Sequence record: OL539459.1
Reading direction: 5' to 3' (one strand)
DNA length: 51,759 nucleotides
Source: Escherichia phage vB_EcoD_Fulano1
Part shown: positions 10,185-20,690 of the stretch, piece after piece
Layout of the letters: every line of letters begins with the position of its first letter
Position numbering within the stretch: the first letter of the stretch is position 1
Program-made: the position numbers and the translations under genes
The notes under the pieces: generated by a model
Databases searched by the model: none
Seen by the model: only the letters and a program-made list of their open reading frames with translations
Told to the model about the DNA's origin: nothing

Positions 10185-10502
10185 ATGTCAAAAATGAAAT
10201 TGACGATTGGGCCGCTTCCTGACTTTAAATTACCAGTGAAATTTGCAATGCCTAACGGAGAAGATCAAACAATTATCTTCACAGTTCGCCACCGCAAAAC
10301 AAGTGAGATTCACGAGCGCTACACGTCAGATACTCCAATGAGAGATGTTGAAATGATCACCTTCCTTGCTTCAGGTTGGAATCTTGATGATGAATTTAAC
10401 GAAGAAAATATTAAACAGCTTCTTGATTACTACCCAGCAACAGCAATCGGATTAACTAGCGCATACATGAAAGCGCTTGCGGGGCAGCGAGTAAAAAACT
10501 AA
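10185..10502 (+). CDS. tail assembly chaperone (lambda G-like)
   Basis: 105 aa between major tail and tape measure genes; ends VKN-stop inside slippery heptamer. Confidence 0.7.
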   Translation: MSKMKLTIGPLPDFKLPVKFAMPNGEDQTIIFTVRHRKTSEIHERYTSDTPMRDVEMITFLASGWNLDDEFNEENIKQLLDYYPATAIGLTSAYMKALAGQRVKN

Positions 10503-10813
10503 AAAGGGCGGTTTACCTGTTTTATCAGAAACCGCCGACAGATGCAGAGCTTGAGGCCGTTGGCCTTACAAGGGCAGACTATGAAGGAGAAGATCCGCCA
10601 GAGGTTATATTTGATGAAAGCATGATGCAATCATGGGATATATTTTGCGCAATGAAAACGCAATGGAGATGTTCTGGCGGTGGCGCTTACGGATTTGATT
10701 ATAATGTCTTGCCTATGCTTTTTGAGATTTACAAGGTTGAGGATCGCGAGATGGCGCTAAACGACTTGCGAATCATGGAGCAAAAAGCACTTGAAATGAT
10801 GCATTCAAAATAA
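10185..10813 (+). CDS. tail assembly chaperone GT-like fusion via -1 frameshift
   Basis: slippery A_AAA_AAC at 10493-10499 in 0-frame; -1 frame is open from 10499 to stop 10811-10813. Confidence 0.6.
10493..10499 (+). promoter_or_regulatory. -1 programmed ribosomal frameshift slippery heptamer AAAAAAC
   Basis: X_XXY_YYZ in frame with chaperone codons AAA-AAC immediately before stop TAA. Confidence 0.6.
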
Positions 10814-10833
10814 GCGCCTACGGGCGCTTTTTT
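10812..10833 (+). terminator. intrinsic terminator
   Basis: stem AAGCGCC/GGCGCTT then T-run; overlaps stop of GT frame. Confidence 0.65.
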
Positions 10834-10852
10834 ATTACCTGGAGGATTAATA

Positions 10853-13525
10853 ATGTCAGAACAATACGCAGGTTTGACGCTTGGGGTTGACGTTTCTCAA
10901 CTCAACAATGCTGTAAAGTCTTTGCAGCAATTCAAGAAGGCAAACGACGACGCAAAGGGGAGCGTTGAGAGTTTTGTTGATTCAGAGGTTGTTGCAAGAC
11001 AAAGAGCCAAACAACTGGCTGAGGAATTGGCAAAGCAGAAGCAAGAATTTAAAGCAATTCAGTCGGCAATAGATCCGACAGCAAGCAAAATGGATAAGTT
11101 GCGCCAGGCTGCGACACAGCTTGATGCGCTTTGGAAAAAAGGAATTGTGCCGGATGATACATTCTTTGAGTTAGGATCAATTCTTGAGACGCAGCAAAAC
11201 AAACTGATCGCAACTAAAAAGGCGCTAACTGAAGAAGGTCGCGCGGCGCTTGAGGAAGCAAAGAATAAAGCCAGGGCAGAGGCTGAGGCCAGAAAGTTCA
11301 TTGCGGCATTGCAGGCGCAAGCTGAAGCAGCCGGAAAAAGCAAGTCTGAATTGCTGGAAATGAAAGCGGCACAGCTTGGAGTTAGCCAAGAGGCGGCGCC
11401 TTACATCGCAAGACTGAAAGAGCAGGAAAAGCAGATTCAAAAACTTGGGATTTCTATGGGGCAGTACAAGCAAGCAATGGCGCAATTGCCAATGCAGATC
11501 ACTGACGTTGTTACTTCTCTTGCTTCAGGTATGCCAGTATGGTTGATCGCAATCCAGCAGGGCGGGCAAATCAAGGACTCATTTGGCGGTGTTGCTAACA
11601 CGTTTAAAGCGCTAATGACATTTGTCACGCCTTTAAGTGTAGGAATGACGGCGCTGACTGGTGCGCTTGGTTATGCTGCATATAATGCATACAAAGCAAA
11701 TGCGCAACTGAAGGAGATCACAAAAACCGTTCAGGAGGCAACTGGTCTTTCTGGTGATTTTGCGGAGCGGATTGCAACTGGAATCCAGGCGCTATCTGAC
11801 AAGACAGGTGAGAGCGCCGACAATCTGGCAAAGGCATACATAAGCACTAAGGATGGAGCAACCGAGGCCATACAAAAACTAGTCGATGTTGGATTTACCT
11901 ATGACGAAGCAAAGGCAAAAGTAAACGAATACAAAAACGCATCAAGTTTTGTAAGTCTTAACAATGAAATTGCTGATCACAAAAACAAAGTTCTTGAGCT
12001 TGGCGATTCATGGTATGCGGTCTTAAAAGCAAAACGTGATTATGCTTCACCGTCCGGCGGGCTGTTGGGGAAAGAGCTTGGTTATGTGAATCCAATGCTG
12101 CAATTTGCGAAGAACACCTATGAGGATATAGGAAAGATTGTAAAAGATGCGAATAAGGATATGGCGGAACGAGCAGCACGCATCGACAGAGAAAACCTTT
12201 CCTTAAACAGAGTTCGAGCGGCGCAAGAGGCTTTAAACAAAGCCATAGAGGATCAGAAGAACGTAGCAAGGACAGCAGACGAAGAGTTGAAGAAGCGCGC
12301 GGCTGAGAACGTGGAGTTCAGGCGAAAAGAGCTTGAAGAGGCGAAGAAGGCGCAGCAGCAAAAGGAAAAAGTTGGTGGAGTTGTAAAAGCACCAACAGAG
12401 CAGCTTGATAAGGAGCTATATGTTCTCAAGGCGCAACTTGAAACGCTGAAAGAGCACAGAACTGTAAATGATGTTATTTCACGCCAGAGGAAATCTTTGT
12501 GGAGCATTGAAAAGCAGATCCAGATCCTTGAGGAAGCGCAAAGTAAACGAAAGCTGACAAAAGCGGAACAGGCGTTACTAAACGAGCAAAAAGCAGTTAT
12601 TGCTATGGCAAAAGAAAAGGCAGAGATAGGCGATCAGATTGTTTTGCAACAGAGAAAGAACAAGCAATACCAGGAAGGGCTTAAATTCATTCAGCAAACA
12701 TCAGATGCTATTGACGCTATGAACTTGCGACAGTCTGGAGCTACAGATCTGCAAATCCAGCGAGAGCTTGAGTTGAAGAAGTTGCGAACTGATTATGTTG
12801 CTGGCGGCGGTAGTATCGACGATGAAATTTATCAGCAGATGGAAGCAAAGCTGAAGGAGTATTACGCCACTGAGGATCAACTTAGAAATAACTGGATTGC
12901 AGGAGCAAAGAACGCATGGGAGGTTTACGGACAAGATGCAATGGATATGTACGGCAACGTGCAAGATATTGCAAGCGAGGCGCTCAACGGTCTAACCAAC
13001 CAAATGGCTACATTCCTTGCAACAGGTAAGGCAAATTTTAAGAGCTTCGCAACGTCAATCATCCAAATGATTATTCAGATGATCACAAAGATGGTTATCT
13101 TTAATGCCATATCTGGTGCGATTGGCGGTGACACTTGGACGATTGGAAGCCTTCTTAAAAATGTTGGATTTGCAACTGGTGGATACACTGGAGACGGCGG
13201 CAAGTATGAGCCAGCAGGTGTTGTTCATAAAGGCGAGTTTGTCATGACTAAGGAGGCCACGAAGCGGATCGGAGTTGGAAATCTTTACAAAATGATGCGC
13301 GGTTATGCAAATGGCGGCGTTGTTGGTGGATCTTCATACACTGGCGGCGGCGTTTCATCTGGAGCCACAAATCTTAATATTGGCGGGATCAGCGTTGATA
13401 TTAACAACGGAAGCGATCCGAAAGGGTTGGAGACTGGCGTAAAAATGATTTTCACTGATATGATTAAGCGTTCCTGTACGCAGGGTGGGGAAGTTTACGA
13501 ATTTGTTATGTCTAAGCGGGGGTGA
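10853..13525 (+). CDS. tape measure protein
   Basis: 890 aa, coiled-coil-rich N-terminal half, hydrophobic Gly-rich segment near C-terminus; lambda-like position. Confidence 0.85.
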   Translation: MSEQYAGLTLGVDVSQLNNAVKSLQQFKKANDDAKGSVESFVDSEVVARQRAKQLAEELAKQKQEFKAIQSAIDPTASKMDKLRQAATQLDALWKKGIVPDDTFFELGSILETQQNKLIATKKALTEEGRAALEEAKNKARAEAEARKFIAALQAQAEAAGKSKSELLEMKAAQLGVSQEAAPYIARLKEQEKQIQKLGISMGQYKQAMAQLPMQITDVVTSLASGMPVWLIAIQQGGQIKDSFGGVANTFKALMTFVTPLSVGMTALTGALGYAAYNAYKANAQLKEITKTVQEATGLSGDFAERIATGIQALSDKTGESADNLAKAYISTKDGATEAIQKLVDVGFTYDEAKAKVNEYKNASSFVSLNNEIADHKNKVLELGDSWYAVLKAKRDYASPSGGLLGKELGYVNPMLQFAKNTYEDIGKIVKDANKDMAERAARIDRENLSLNRVRAAQEALNKAIEDQKNVARTADEELKKRAAENVEFRRKELEEAKKAQQQKEKVGGVVKAPTEQLDKELYVLKAQLETLKEHRTVNDVISRQRKSLWSIEKQIQILEEAQSKRKLTKAEQALLNEQKAVIAMAKEKAEIGDQIVLQQRKNKQYQEGLKFIQQTSDAIDAMNLRQSGATDLQIQRELELKKLRTDYVAGGGSIDDEIYQQMEAKLKEYYATEDQLRNNWIAGAKNAWEVYGQDAMDMYGNVQDIASEALNGLTNQMATFLATGKANFKSFATSIIQMIIQMITKMVIFNAISGAIGGDTWTIGSLLKNVGFATGGYTGDGGKYEPAGVVHKGEFVMTKEATKRIGVGNLYKMMRGYANGGVVGGSSYTGGGVSSGATNLNIGGISVDINNGSDPKGLETGVKMIFTDMIKRSCTQGGEVYEFVMSKRG

Positions 13526-13878
13526 TAGTGAAACTTGAGCAATTCAAATGGTGTACGCAAACGCAAGGAGGTGGCGGCACTATGACCACATCAAATAACG
13601 ACAGGGAAATCTCATTTGGTAATGGTTACACGCAGGTTGCGTCAGGAGGGTTTAACACTGTACGCAGGGAGTTTTCCATTGTATATGTGGGTAATGATTA
13701 CCGAGATGTTGTTGACTTCCTGAATGGTCACAGGTTGAAGCCGTTTTTATGGTTTATGCCTGACGGTCAACCAGGTCTATTCAGGGTGAAATCTGGTAGT
13801 GTTGGATTAACTCCAATATCAGCAACCGTTCAGGAAGTGAAAGCAACATTTACTGAGCAATTTACATCAATGCAATAA
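13522..13878 (+). CDS. minor tail protein (lambda M-like)
   Basis: 118 aa, GTG start overlapping tape-measure stop; first gene after tape measure. Confidence 0.6.
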   Translation: MIVKLEQFKWCTQTQGGGGTMTTSNNDREISFGNGYTQVASGGFNTVRREFSIVYVGNDYRDVVDFLNGHRLKPFLWFMPDGQPGLFRVKSGSVGLTPISATVQEVKATFTEQFTSMQ

Positions 13879-13882
13879 TTCA

Positions 13883-13906
13883 AGCCGCCTTTGTGCGGCT
13901 TTTTTA
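13883..13906 (+). terminator. intrinsic terminator
   Basis: stem AAGCCGC/GCGGCTT then T-run. Confidence 0.7.
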
Positions 13907-13939
13907 TTGATGATACAATGTACGAAAGGAGGTGCAATT

Positions 13940-14701
13940 ATGGCTAATGAAACAACAGGTCGCGCGGATCTTGAAAATTGTCTGCAAAGCCTTTACCCTG
14001 GCGAGATTATCACGCTAATTGAAATTGACGGAACAAAGTTTGGCGCAAACATTTACCGCATACACAATGAGAACATCTCATACACTGCGGAAGAATTATT
14101 GCAGGCGCGAGAAACTGGAGTTCTTCCGCCGAAAGAGATTACATTCCGTGGCGAGGTTTACGGCGCGCGCCCATTCGGAATATCTGGAATCAACTTCACA
14201 AGCAACGGAAAGGCTGATAAGCCACAATTGATACTATCAAACCTTGATAGCCAGGTGAGCGCGATGATTCGCAACTTTAACGGCATGATGCAAGCAAAGG
14301 TTACAATCTGGATCACGCCAGCGGAATTAATGGGGAAAGATGGCAGCATTAAAGATGGAGCCTCAAGAAAGCTGGTTTACTACATTGAGCGCCCAAGCCA
14401 TTACAATAGAATGATGGCGAAATTTGACCTGACATCGCCTTATGATATGGATGGGATAATGATTCCTCCGCGAATAACTCAAAGCGTTTGTTATTGGGCG
14501 CAGCGTGGATGGTATCGAAGCGGAAAAGGTTGCGGATACAATGGATCGCGAATGTTTGACAAAGACAACAATCCTGTAACCGATCCATCTCAAGACTTTT
14601 GCGCCGGAACTGTAACAGCGTGCAAACTTCGTTTTGGTGCAGATAAGCAGCTTGATTTTGGCGGCGCACCAGTAGCAAGCCTGTTAAGGAGAAATCAGTG
14701 A
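13940..14701 (+). CDS. minor tail protein (lambda L-like)
   Basis: trimmed to ATG 13940 behind AAGGAGG; N-terminal LYPGEIITLIEIDG and several Cys in C-terminal half. Confidence 0.65.
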   Translation: MANETTGRADLENCLQSLYPGEIITLIEIDGTKFGANIYRIHNENISYTAEELLQARETGVLPPKEITFRGEVYGARPFGISGINFTSNGKADKPQLILSNLDSQVSAMIRNFNGMMQAKVTIWITPAELMGKDGSIKDGASRKLVYYIERPSHYNRMMAKFDLTSPYDMDGIMIPPRITQSVCYWAQRGWYRSGKGCGYNGSRMFDKDNNPVTDPSQDFCAGTVTACKLRFGADKQLDFGGAPVASLLRRNQ

Positions 14702-15432
14702 TGATTAGTGCAAAGATAAAACTTGAAATAATGCAGCACGTAAAAGATGAATACCCGCGCGAGGCGTGCGGGGTTATCACTCAAAAATCACGCGTGCAAA
14801 AATACCACCGCATAACCAACGTGCATGATGATCCTGAAAATAATTTTGAGATGAACGCAATTGAATACGTTGAGGCTTGTGAAAGTGGCGAGCTTATTGC
14901 TGTTGTGCATAGCCACACTGGAGACGGGGCAAGTACAATTCCAAGCGCCCATGATACATGCATGTGTGATGAGATGGGTGTTTCATGGGTTATTGTGTCA
15001 TGGCCCGAAGGTGATATGAGAATCATTGAGCCTGAATCTCGTCCTCTGATTGGTCGCCCGTGGTCGCTTGGGGCGTATGATTGCTGGGGGCTTATTATGG
15101 CATGGCATAAGCAACATGGCGTTATCCTGAATGATTTCAGGAAACCATATGAATGGTGGAAGCCTGAGCACGGCGAAAATCTTTACCAGGAGAATTATCT
15201 GAAAGAGGGTTTTGTTGAAACAGGAGAGCCGCCAAAACCTGGTGATATGGTTATCTTTCAGCTTTCCGCGCCAGTGTGGAATCATGCAGGCATTTATCTT
15301 GGAAACAATCAGTTGCTTCATCATGCCTTTGGCAAGTTGTCAAGGGTTGATTTGTATTCTGGATGGTATCAGGAACATGCAAAAATGGTTTGTAGACATA
15401 AGGATCTGAAATATGACTTTGAAGGTAATTAA
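14698..15432 (+). CDS. tail assembly protein (lambda K-like; JAMM/MPN + NlpC/P60)
   Basis: JAMM motif HSHTGDGASTIPSAHD followed by NlpC/P60-like Cys (YDCWGL) and His. Confidence 0.75.
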   Translation: MMISAKIKLEIMQHVKDEYPREACGVITQKSRVQKYHRITNVHDDPENNFEMNAIEYVEACESGELIAVVHSHTGDGASTIPSAHDTCMCDEMGVSWVIVSWPEGDMRIIEPESRPLIGRPWSLGAYDCWGLIMAWHKQHGVILNDFRKPYEWWKPEHGENLYQENYLKEGFVETGEPPKPGDMVIFQLSAPVWNHAGIYLGNNQLLHHAFGKLSRVDLYSGWYQEHAKMVCRHKDLKYDFEGN

Positions 15433-16009
15433 ATTATCTGGATCTTTAGGCCGAAGATTTGGAGTATTTCATAAGCTGGCTGTTGATTCATACCCCGAAG
15501 CAATACGCGCATTATCTTCGCAGGTGGAAGGATTCAAGGACTACATGCAAAGCGAAGTAGGATCGCGAATGCGTTACGCTGTATTTGTTGACGGTAATAA
15601 TGTAGGGCAGCACGATGAAAAAGCGTGGCAATGTGCAAAGGAAGTGAGGATTATTCCAATCCCAACAGGTTCAAAGTCTGGCGGGTTGTTTCAGGTTGTT
15701 CTTGGCGCGGTTATTATGGCGACTGCATTTTTCACTGGCGGCGCTTCACTTGCGTTGATGGGTGCTTTTGCATCGTCTGCTTTCATGATGGGTGGAGCAA
15801 TGGTACTTGGCGGAGTAATGCAAATGATTTCACCGCAGCAAGGCGGATCAAGATTGTCCTCGCAGTCAGCAGAAAACAAACCGTCTTATGCTTTCGGTGG
15901 CGCTGTTAACACAACGGCAGCAGGATACCCAATACCATTGCCATATGGTCAAAGGACAGTTGGGGGAGCTATCTGGTCGGCTGGCAGCTATGCAGAAGAT
16001 AATGCTTAA
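15413..16009 (+). CDS. tail assembly protein (lambda I-like)
   Basis: 198 aa; region KSGGLFQVVLGA...MVLGGVMQM resembles lambda gpI. Confidence 0.7.
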   Translation: MTLKVIKLSGSLGRRFGVFHKLAVDSYPEAIRALSSQVEGFKDYMQSEVGSRMRYAVFVDGNNVGQHDEKAWQCAKEVRIIPIPTGSKSGGLFQVVLGAVIMATAFFTGGASLALMGAFASSAFMMGGAMVLGGVMQMISPQQGGSRLSSQSAENKPSYAFGGAVNTTAAGYPIPLPYGQRTVGGAIWSAGSYAEDNA

Positions 16010-16019
16010 TATAAAAGAG

Positions 16020-16046
16020 TCGCGCGTTGCGCGGCTTTTTTTTTGC
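16020..16046 (+). terminator. intrinsic terminator
   Basis: GC stem CGCGC/GCGCG then T9. Confidence 0.7.
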
Positions 16047-16089
16047 CCGTATAATTCAACAAATCAAATAGCACAAAAGGTGAAAAAGC

Positions 16090-19000
16090 ATGGCTGAAAA
16101 TATGATAACTGGCAGTAAGGGTGGATCATCAAAACCTTATGTGCCGAAAGAGATGGAAGATAACCTGATCTCAATCAACAAAATCAAAATCCTTCTTGCC
16201 GTTTCCGATGGTGAGTGCGATCCAGATTTCACGCTTCGCGATCTGTATCTCGATGATGTTCCGGTAATTGCAGATGATGGAACTGTTAACTATCAGGGTG
16301 TGAAAGCTGAATTTCGACCTGGAACGCAGACGCAAGATTACATCCAGGGGTTTACTGACACATCAAGCGAAGTGACGCTGGCGCGTGACATTACGACAAC
16401 AAATCCTTATGTAATTTCCGTAACCAACAAAACATTATCGGCTATCAGAATCAAAATGCTAATGCCAACAGGCATTAAGCAAGAGGATAACGGCGATCTT
16501 GTCGGCGTTAAGGTTACTTATGCTGTTGATATGGCTGTTGACGGAGACTCTTACAAAGAAGTATTGCGAGACACTATCGAAGGTAAAACGCGATCAGGTT
16601 ACGACAGAAGCAGAAGGATTGACCTTCCGGAATTTAATGATCGCGTATTACTTAGGGTTAGAAGGGTTACGGCAGACAGCACATCCTCTCGTGTTACTGA
16701 TCTGATTAAACTACAAAGTTACGCTGAGGTTATTGATGCAAAATTCCGTTATCCTCTGACTGGTCTTGTATACGTTGAATTTGACAGTGAGTTGTTCCCT
16801 AACCAGATCCCTAACATTTCAATCAAGAAGAAATGGAAGTTGATTAATGTTCCTAGCAATTACGATCCGGTAATGCGAGAGTATCACGGTTCATGGGATG
16901 GTACGTTCAAGAAAGCGTGGTCGAACAATCCGGCGTGGGTACTTTATGACATTATCACAAACCAGCGATACGGATTAGATCAGCGAGAGCTTGGTGTACA
17001 GGTTGATAAATGGAGTCTTTACGAAGCGGCGCAATACTGCGATCAGAAAGTTCCTGACGGGAAAGGCGGTACAGAGCCGCGTTATCTATGCGACGTTGTG
17101 ATTCAAAGCCAGATTGAGGCTTATCAGCTTATTCGTGATATTTGCTCAATCTTCAGAGGCATGAGCTTTTGGAATGGAGAGAGCTTGTCAATCGTCATTG
17201 ATAAGCCGCGCGATCCGTCGTACATCTTCACAAATGACAATGTTGTTGATGGTGATTTTCAGTACACAACAGCAAGTGAAAAGAGCATGTACACGCAGTG
17301 CAACGTGACGTTCGATGACGAACAAAACATGTATCAACAGGACGTAGAGGGTGTATTCGACACAGAGGCCGCATTGCGATTTGGATACAATCCTACAAGC
17401 ATAACCGCGATCGGATGTACACGCAGGAGTGAGGCTAATCGGCGCGGTCGATGGATACTAAAAACCAACTTGCGCAGCACTACGGTAAACTTTGCTACTG
17501 GACTGGAAGGCATGATCCCATCAATAGGTGATGTGATTGCTATTGCTGACAACTTTCACAGCAGCAACCTTAAGTTAAACCTATCAGGGCGAGTGATGGA
17601 AGTTTCCGGCTTGCAGGTATTCGTTCCGTTTAAGATTGATGCTAGACCAGGTGATTTCATTATCATCAACAAGCCGGACGGAAAGCCAGTTAAGCGCACA
17701 ATCTCAAAAGTAAGCGGTGACGGAAAAACCATTGAGCTAAACATAGGGTTTGGATTTGAAGTTAAACCGGACACGGTTTTTGCAATCGACCGCACTGATA
17801 TTGCATTGCAGCAATACGTTGTAACGAGTATCGGCAAAGGTGATGATGATGATGAATTTACATACTCCATCACGGCTGTTGAATATGACCCGAACAAATA
17901 CGACGAGATTGATTATGGAGTAAATATTGACGACAGGCCAACTTCAATTGTCCAGCCTGACACAATGGCAGCGCCTGAAAATGTGCAAATATCCTCATAC
18001 TCGCGAATTGTCCAGGGTGCAAGCGTTGAAACAATGGTTGTGTCGTGGGATAAAGTACCTTACGCATCGCTGTATGAAATGCAATGGCGAAAAGGTGATG
18101 GCAACTGGCTGAATACACCACAGACCGCAAACAAAGAAATTGAGGTTGAAGGTATTTATTCAGGAAACTACCAGGTAAGGGTTAGATCTGTTTCTGCTTC
18201 AGGTTCGACTTCTCCGTGGTCCAGAATTGTAACAGCCTCACTGACAGGTAAGGTAGGAGAGCCAGGCGCTCCAGTTAACTTAACCGCATCCGACAATGAG
18301 GTGTTTGGCATTCGTGTTAAGTGGGGGATGCCAGAAGGGAGCGGAGACACGGCATACATTGAACTTCATCAGTCGCCAGATGGAACAGCGGAAAACTCAA
18401 GCCTGTTAACGCTGATCCCATATCCACAATATGAATACTGGCACGGTACGCTTCCGGCTGGTCATGTTGTATGGTATCGGATCAGGAGCGTAGACAAGAT
18501 CGGCAACGTTTCCGGTTGGACTGATTTTGTTAGAGGTATGGCTTCAGATGATGTTGAGGCTGTTTTAGGAGATATTCTTGATAAGATTTTTGATACTGAA
18601 GCAGGTCAGGATCTGAAAGAGAACGCCATTGACAGTGCAAACAAGATAAAGGACCAGGCGCAAGCAATCATCCAGAATGCTCTTGCTAATGATGCTGATA
18701 TTAAGTGGACGCGAGTACAAAACGGAAAGAGAAAGGCTGAATATGGTCACGCTCTTGAGCTTATCGCCACAGAGACTGAGGCGCGAGTTACGCAGATTGA
18801 AGAATTGAGGGCGTCAATCGACGAGGATATTGTTTCAAGCATAAAGACAGTGCAGGAGGCTATCGCCACAGAATCTGAAACGCGAGCAACTCAAATAAAT
18901 GCTTTGGATTCAAAATTCACAACTGAAATTGACGGTGTAAAACGCGATACAGCCGCAAGCATTAATCAAGTGAATCAAACCATTGCCAATGAGTCAGAAG

Positions 19001-19668
19001 CGCGCGCGCAGGCCGTTAACGCGCTTGATGCGAAGTTCACAAAGGAGATCGAAGATTTAAACGGAGTCATTAAGACTGAGGTTGAGGCTAACATCTCTGA
19101 AGTGAAACAGGCTATCGCTAACGAGACAGAGGCAAGGGTACAGGCTGACCAGGCGTTAACAGCTAAGTTTGGAGACGTTGAATCTGCATTAGCTCAAAAA
19201 CTTGATTCATGGGCTGGCGTATCGTCTGTTGGTGCTAAATACTCAATGAAACTTGGGTTAACTTACAACGGGCAGAAGTACAGCGCAGGAATGGTAATGC
19301 AGCTTTCGCAGAGTTCATCCGGCCTTATCTCGCAAATCTTGTTTGACGCGAACAGGTTCGCGATTATGACTAGCTCGACTGGCGGAACGTTTACTTTGCC
19401 TTTTGTTGTTGAAAACAACCAGGTTTTCATTAATAGCCTGTTAGTTAAAAACGGTTCAATCACAAATGCTATGATCGGTAATTATATTCAGTCGAATAAC
19501 TTTGTTGCCAATCAGCAGGGTTGGAGGCTGGATAAAAGCGGAAGATTTGAGAACTACGGTTCTACATCTGGAGAAGGGGCCATGAAGTTGACAAATGAAA
19601 CGATAAGTGTACGAGACGCAAACGGGCGCTTGCGTGTTCAGATTGGTAGGCTTACTGGTACGTGGTAA
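16090..19668 (+). CDS. host specificity protein J-like central tail fibre
   Basis: 1192 aa, lambda J-like position; C-terminal periodic repeats (ETEARxxQ...ALxAKF). Confidence 0.85.
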   Translation: MAENMITGSKGGSSKPYVPKEMEDNLISINKIKILLAVSDGECDPDFTLRDLYLDDVPVIADDGTVNYQGVKAEFRPGTQTQDYIQGFTDTSSEVTLARDITTTNPYVISVTNKTLSAIRIKMLMPTGIKQEDNGDLVGVKVTYAVDMAVDGDSYKEVLRDTIEGKTRSGYDRSRRIDLPEFNDRVLLRVRRVTADSTSSRVTDLIKLQSYAEVIDAKFRYPLTGLVYVEFDSELFPNQIPNISIKKKWKLINVPSNYDPVMREYHGSWDGTFKKAWSNNPAWVLYDIITNQRYGLDQRELGVQVDKWSLYEAAQYCDQKVPDGKGGTEPRYLCDVVIQSQIEAYQLIRDICSIFRGMSFWNGESLSIVIDKPRDPSYIFTNDNVVDGDFQYTTASEKSMYTQCNVTFDDEQNMYQQDVEGVFDTEAALRFGYNPTSITAIGCTRRSEANRRGRWILKTNLRSTTVNFATGLEGMIPSIGDVIAIADNFHSSNLKLNLSGRVMEVSGLQVFVPFKIDARPGDFIIINKPDGKPVKRTISKVSGDGKTIELNIGFGFEVKPDTVFAIDRTDIALQQYVVTSIGKGDDDDEFTYSITAVEYDPNKYDEIDYGVNIDDRPTSIVQPDTMAAPENVQISSYSRIVQGASVETMVVSWDKVPYASLYEMQWRKGDGNWLNTPQTANKEIEVEGIYSGNYQVRVRSVSASGSTSPWSRIVTASLTGKVGEPGAPVNLTASDNEVFGIRVKWGMPEGSGDTAYIELHQSPDGTAENSSLLTLIPYPQYEYWHGTLPAGHVVWYRIRSVDKIGNVSGWTDFVRGMASDDVEAVLGDILDKIFDTEAGQDLKENAIDSANKIKDQAQAIIQNALANDADIKWTRVQNGKRKAEYGHALELIATETEARVTQIEELRASIDEDIVSSIKTVQEAIATESETRATQINALDSKFTTEIDGVKRDTAASINQVNQTIANESEARAQAVNALDAKFTKEIEDLNGVIKTEVEANISEVKQAIANETEARVQADQALTAKFGDVESALAQKLDSWAGVSSVGAKYSMKLGLTYNGQKYSAGMVMQLSQSSSGLISQILFDANRFAIMTSSTGGTFTLPFVVENNQVFINSLLVKNGSITNAMIGNYIQSNNFVANQQGWRLDKSGRFENYGSTSGEGAMKLTNETISVRDANGRLRVQIGRLTGTW

Positions 19669-19675
19669 AATCAAA

Positions 19676-19700
19676 GCGGGGCATTTGCCCCGCATTTATG
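19676..19700 (+). terminator. terminator-like hairpin after J gene
   Basis: stem GCGGGG/CCCCGC, weak ATTTAT tract. Confidence 0.4.
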
Positions 19701-19711
19701 GAGGTTTAATA

Positions 19712-20017
19712 ATGGCTGAATATGGTGTTTCAACGTGGGATGCTAACGGGAAGTATAACAACTACGGAATCAAGCCAGTTTCCGTTGTTGGTGTCATTAG
19801 CCTTGCGGCTGGTCAGACAAGCGGATCGTGGAGCTTTAGCATTCCAAGTGGTTTTAAGGTTGGGTATGTTGTTTCGCTTGATGAGGGTGCTAGAGGGGTT
19901 GGAAGGGAAATAGTAGCATCTGGAAACACAATAAGAATCAGTCCTACATCTTCAGTTGGTGCAAATAGATATTCTTCTTCAAAGTGTGAGTTAGTTGTTT
20001 TTCTTGAGAGGGCTTAA
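19712..20017 (+). CDS. hypothetical tail-associated protein
   Basis: trimmed to ATG 19712 behind GGAGG; begins MAEYG like next gene. Confidence 0.35.
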   Translation: MAEYGVSTWDANGKYNNYGIKPVSVVGVISLAAGQTSGSWSFSIPSGFKVGYVVSLDEGARGVGREIVASGNTIRISPTSSVGANRYSSSKCELVVFLERA

Positions 20018-20018
20018 A

Positions 20019-20657
20019 ATGGCTGAATATGGAGCAATGTTATCTTTATCAAATGGGAATCCATTTATCACACCAAAATCAACGCCATTTTGCTTATATG
20101 GCAAGTACACTTATTCATCTTCTGGCACTTCTGCCTATCATAGCGCAAGCGCAAATATACCATTGAATCAATCTTATCCATGTATGGCATTTATAAAAAC
20201 AACAAACACACAGCAGCCAACTGCATTAATAGCTTACAGGAATGGTGGCAACATTTATGTAAACGGAGGCAATCCATACGGGCAATCATTTACAATGACT
20301 GTTTATATATTTGCCATATTCCCTCAAACTCTACCCAAATATGGTATGGCTATATGGGATGCAAGCGGCAAGTTGGTTTTAACTAATGAAAGCAGGGTGC
20401 TAACAGATCTTGTTACAATTGGTACTCCTGGTTCTTCAGGTGGAACGAATATAGATCAAACGTTATCTGGTTCTTATGCCGTTTGCCCGTCAAGGCTTGG
20501 TGCGGTTGTAGGCATGGGGGCTTCTGATATATACACATCATGCAGGTATAATGGTTCAAGCACAAGGATAGGTGCAGCAAGGACAACGCCAGGAACAGGA
20601 TCTATAACAAATAACGGAAATTCAATAATTGCAATAAAGACTGATATTTACGACTAA
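20019..20657 (+). CDS. hypothetical Ser/Thr/Gly-rich protein (fibre-like)
   Basis: trimmed to ATG 20019; begins MAEYG and contains internal copy of the WDAxGK module. Confidence 0.35.
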   Translation: MAEYGAMLSLSNGNPFITPKSTPFCLYGKYTYSSSGTSAYHSASANIPLNQSYPCMAFIKTTNTQQPTALIAYRNGGNIYVNGGNPYGQSFTMTVYIFAIFPQTLPKYGMAIWDASGKLVLTNESRVLTDLVTIGTPGSSGGTNIDQTLSGSYAVCPSRLGAVVGMGASDIYTSCRYNGSSTRIGAARTTPGTGSITNNGNSIIAIKTDIYD

Positions 20658-20660
20658 TGA

Positions 20661-20690
20661 AAAAGGGGCTTTCGCCCCTTTATTTTTATT
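20661..20690. terminator. bidirectional intrinsic terminator
   Basis: A-run, stem GGGGC/GCCCC, T-run; between convergent genes. Confidence 0.7.

Noticed and set aside
14349-14780. 143-aa minus-strand ORF, and similar antisense ORFs across 11059-12964, 17334-18359, 15691-15879
   Set aside because: Embedded antisense in well-supported tail genes; no RBS or terminator context; typical spurious ORFs.
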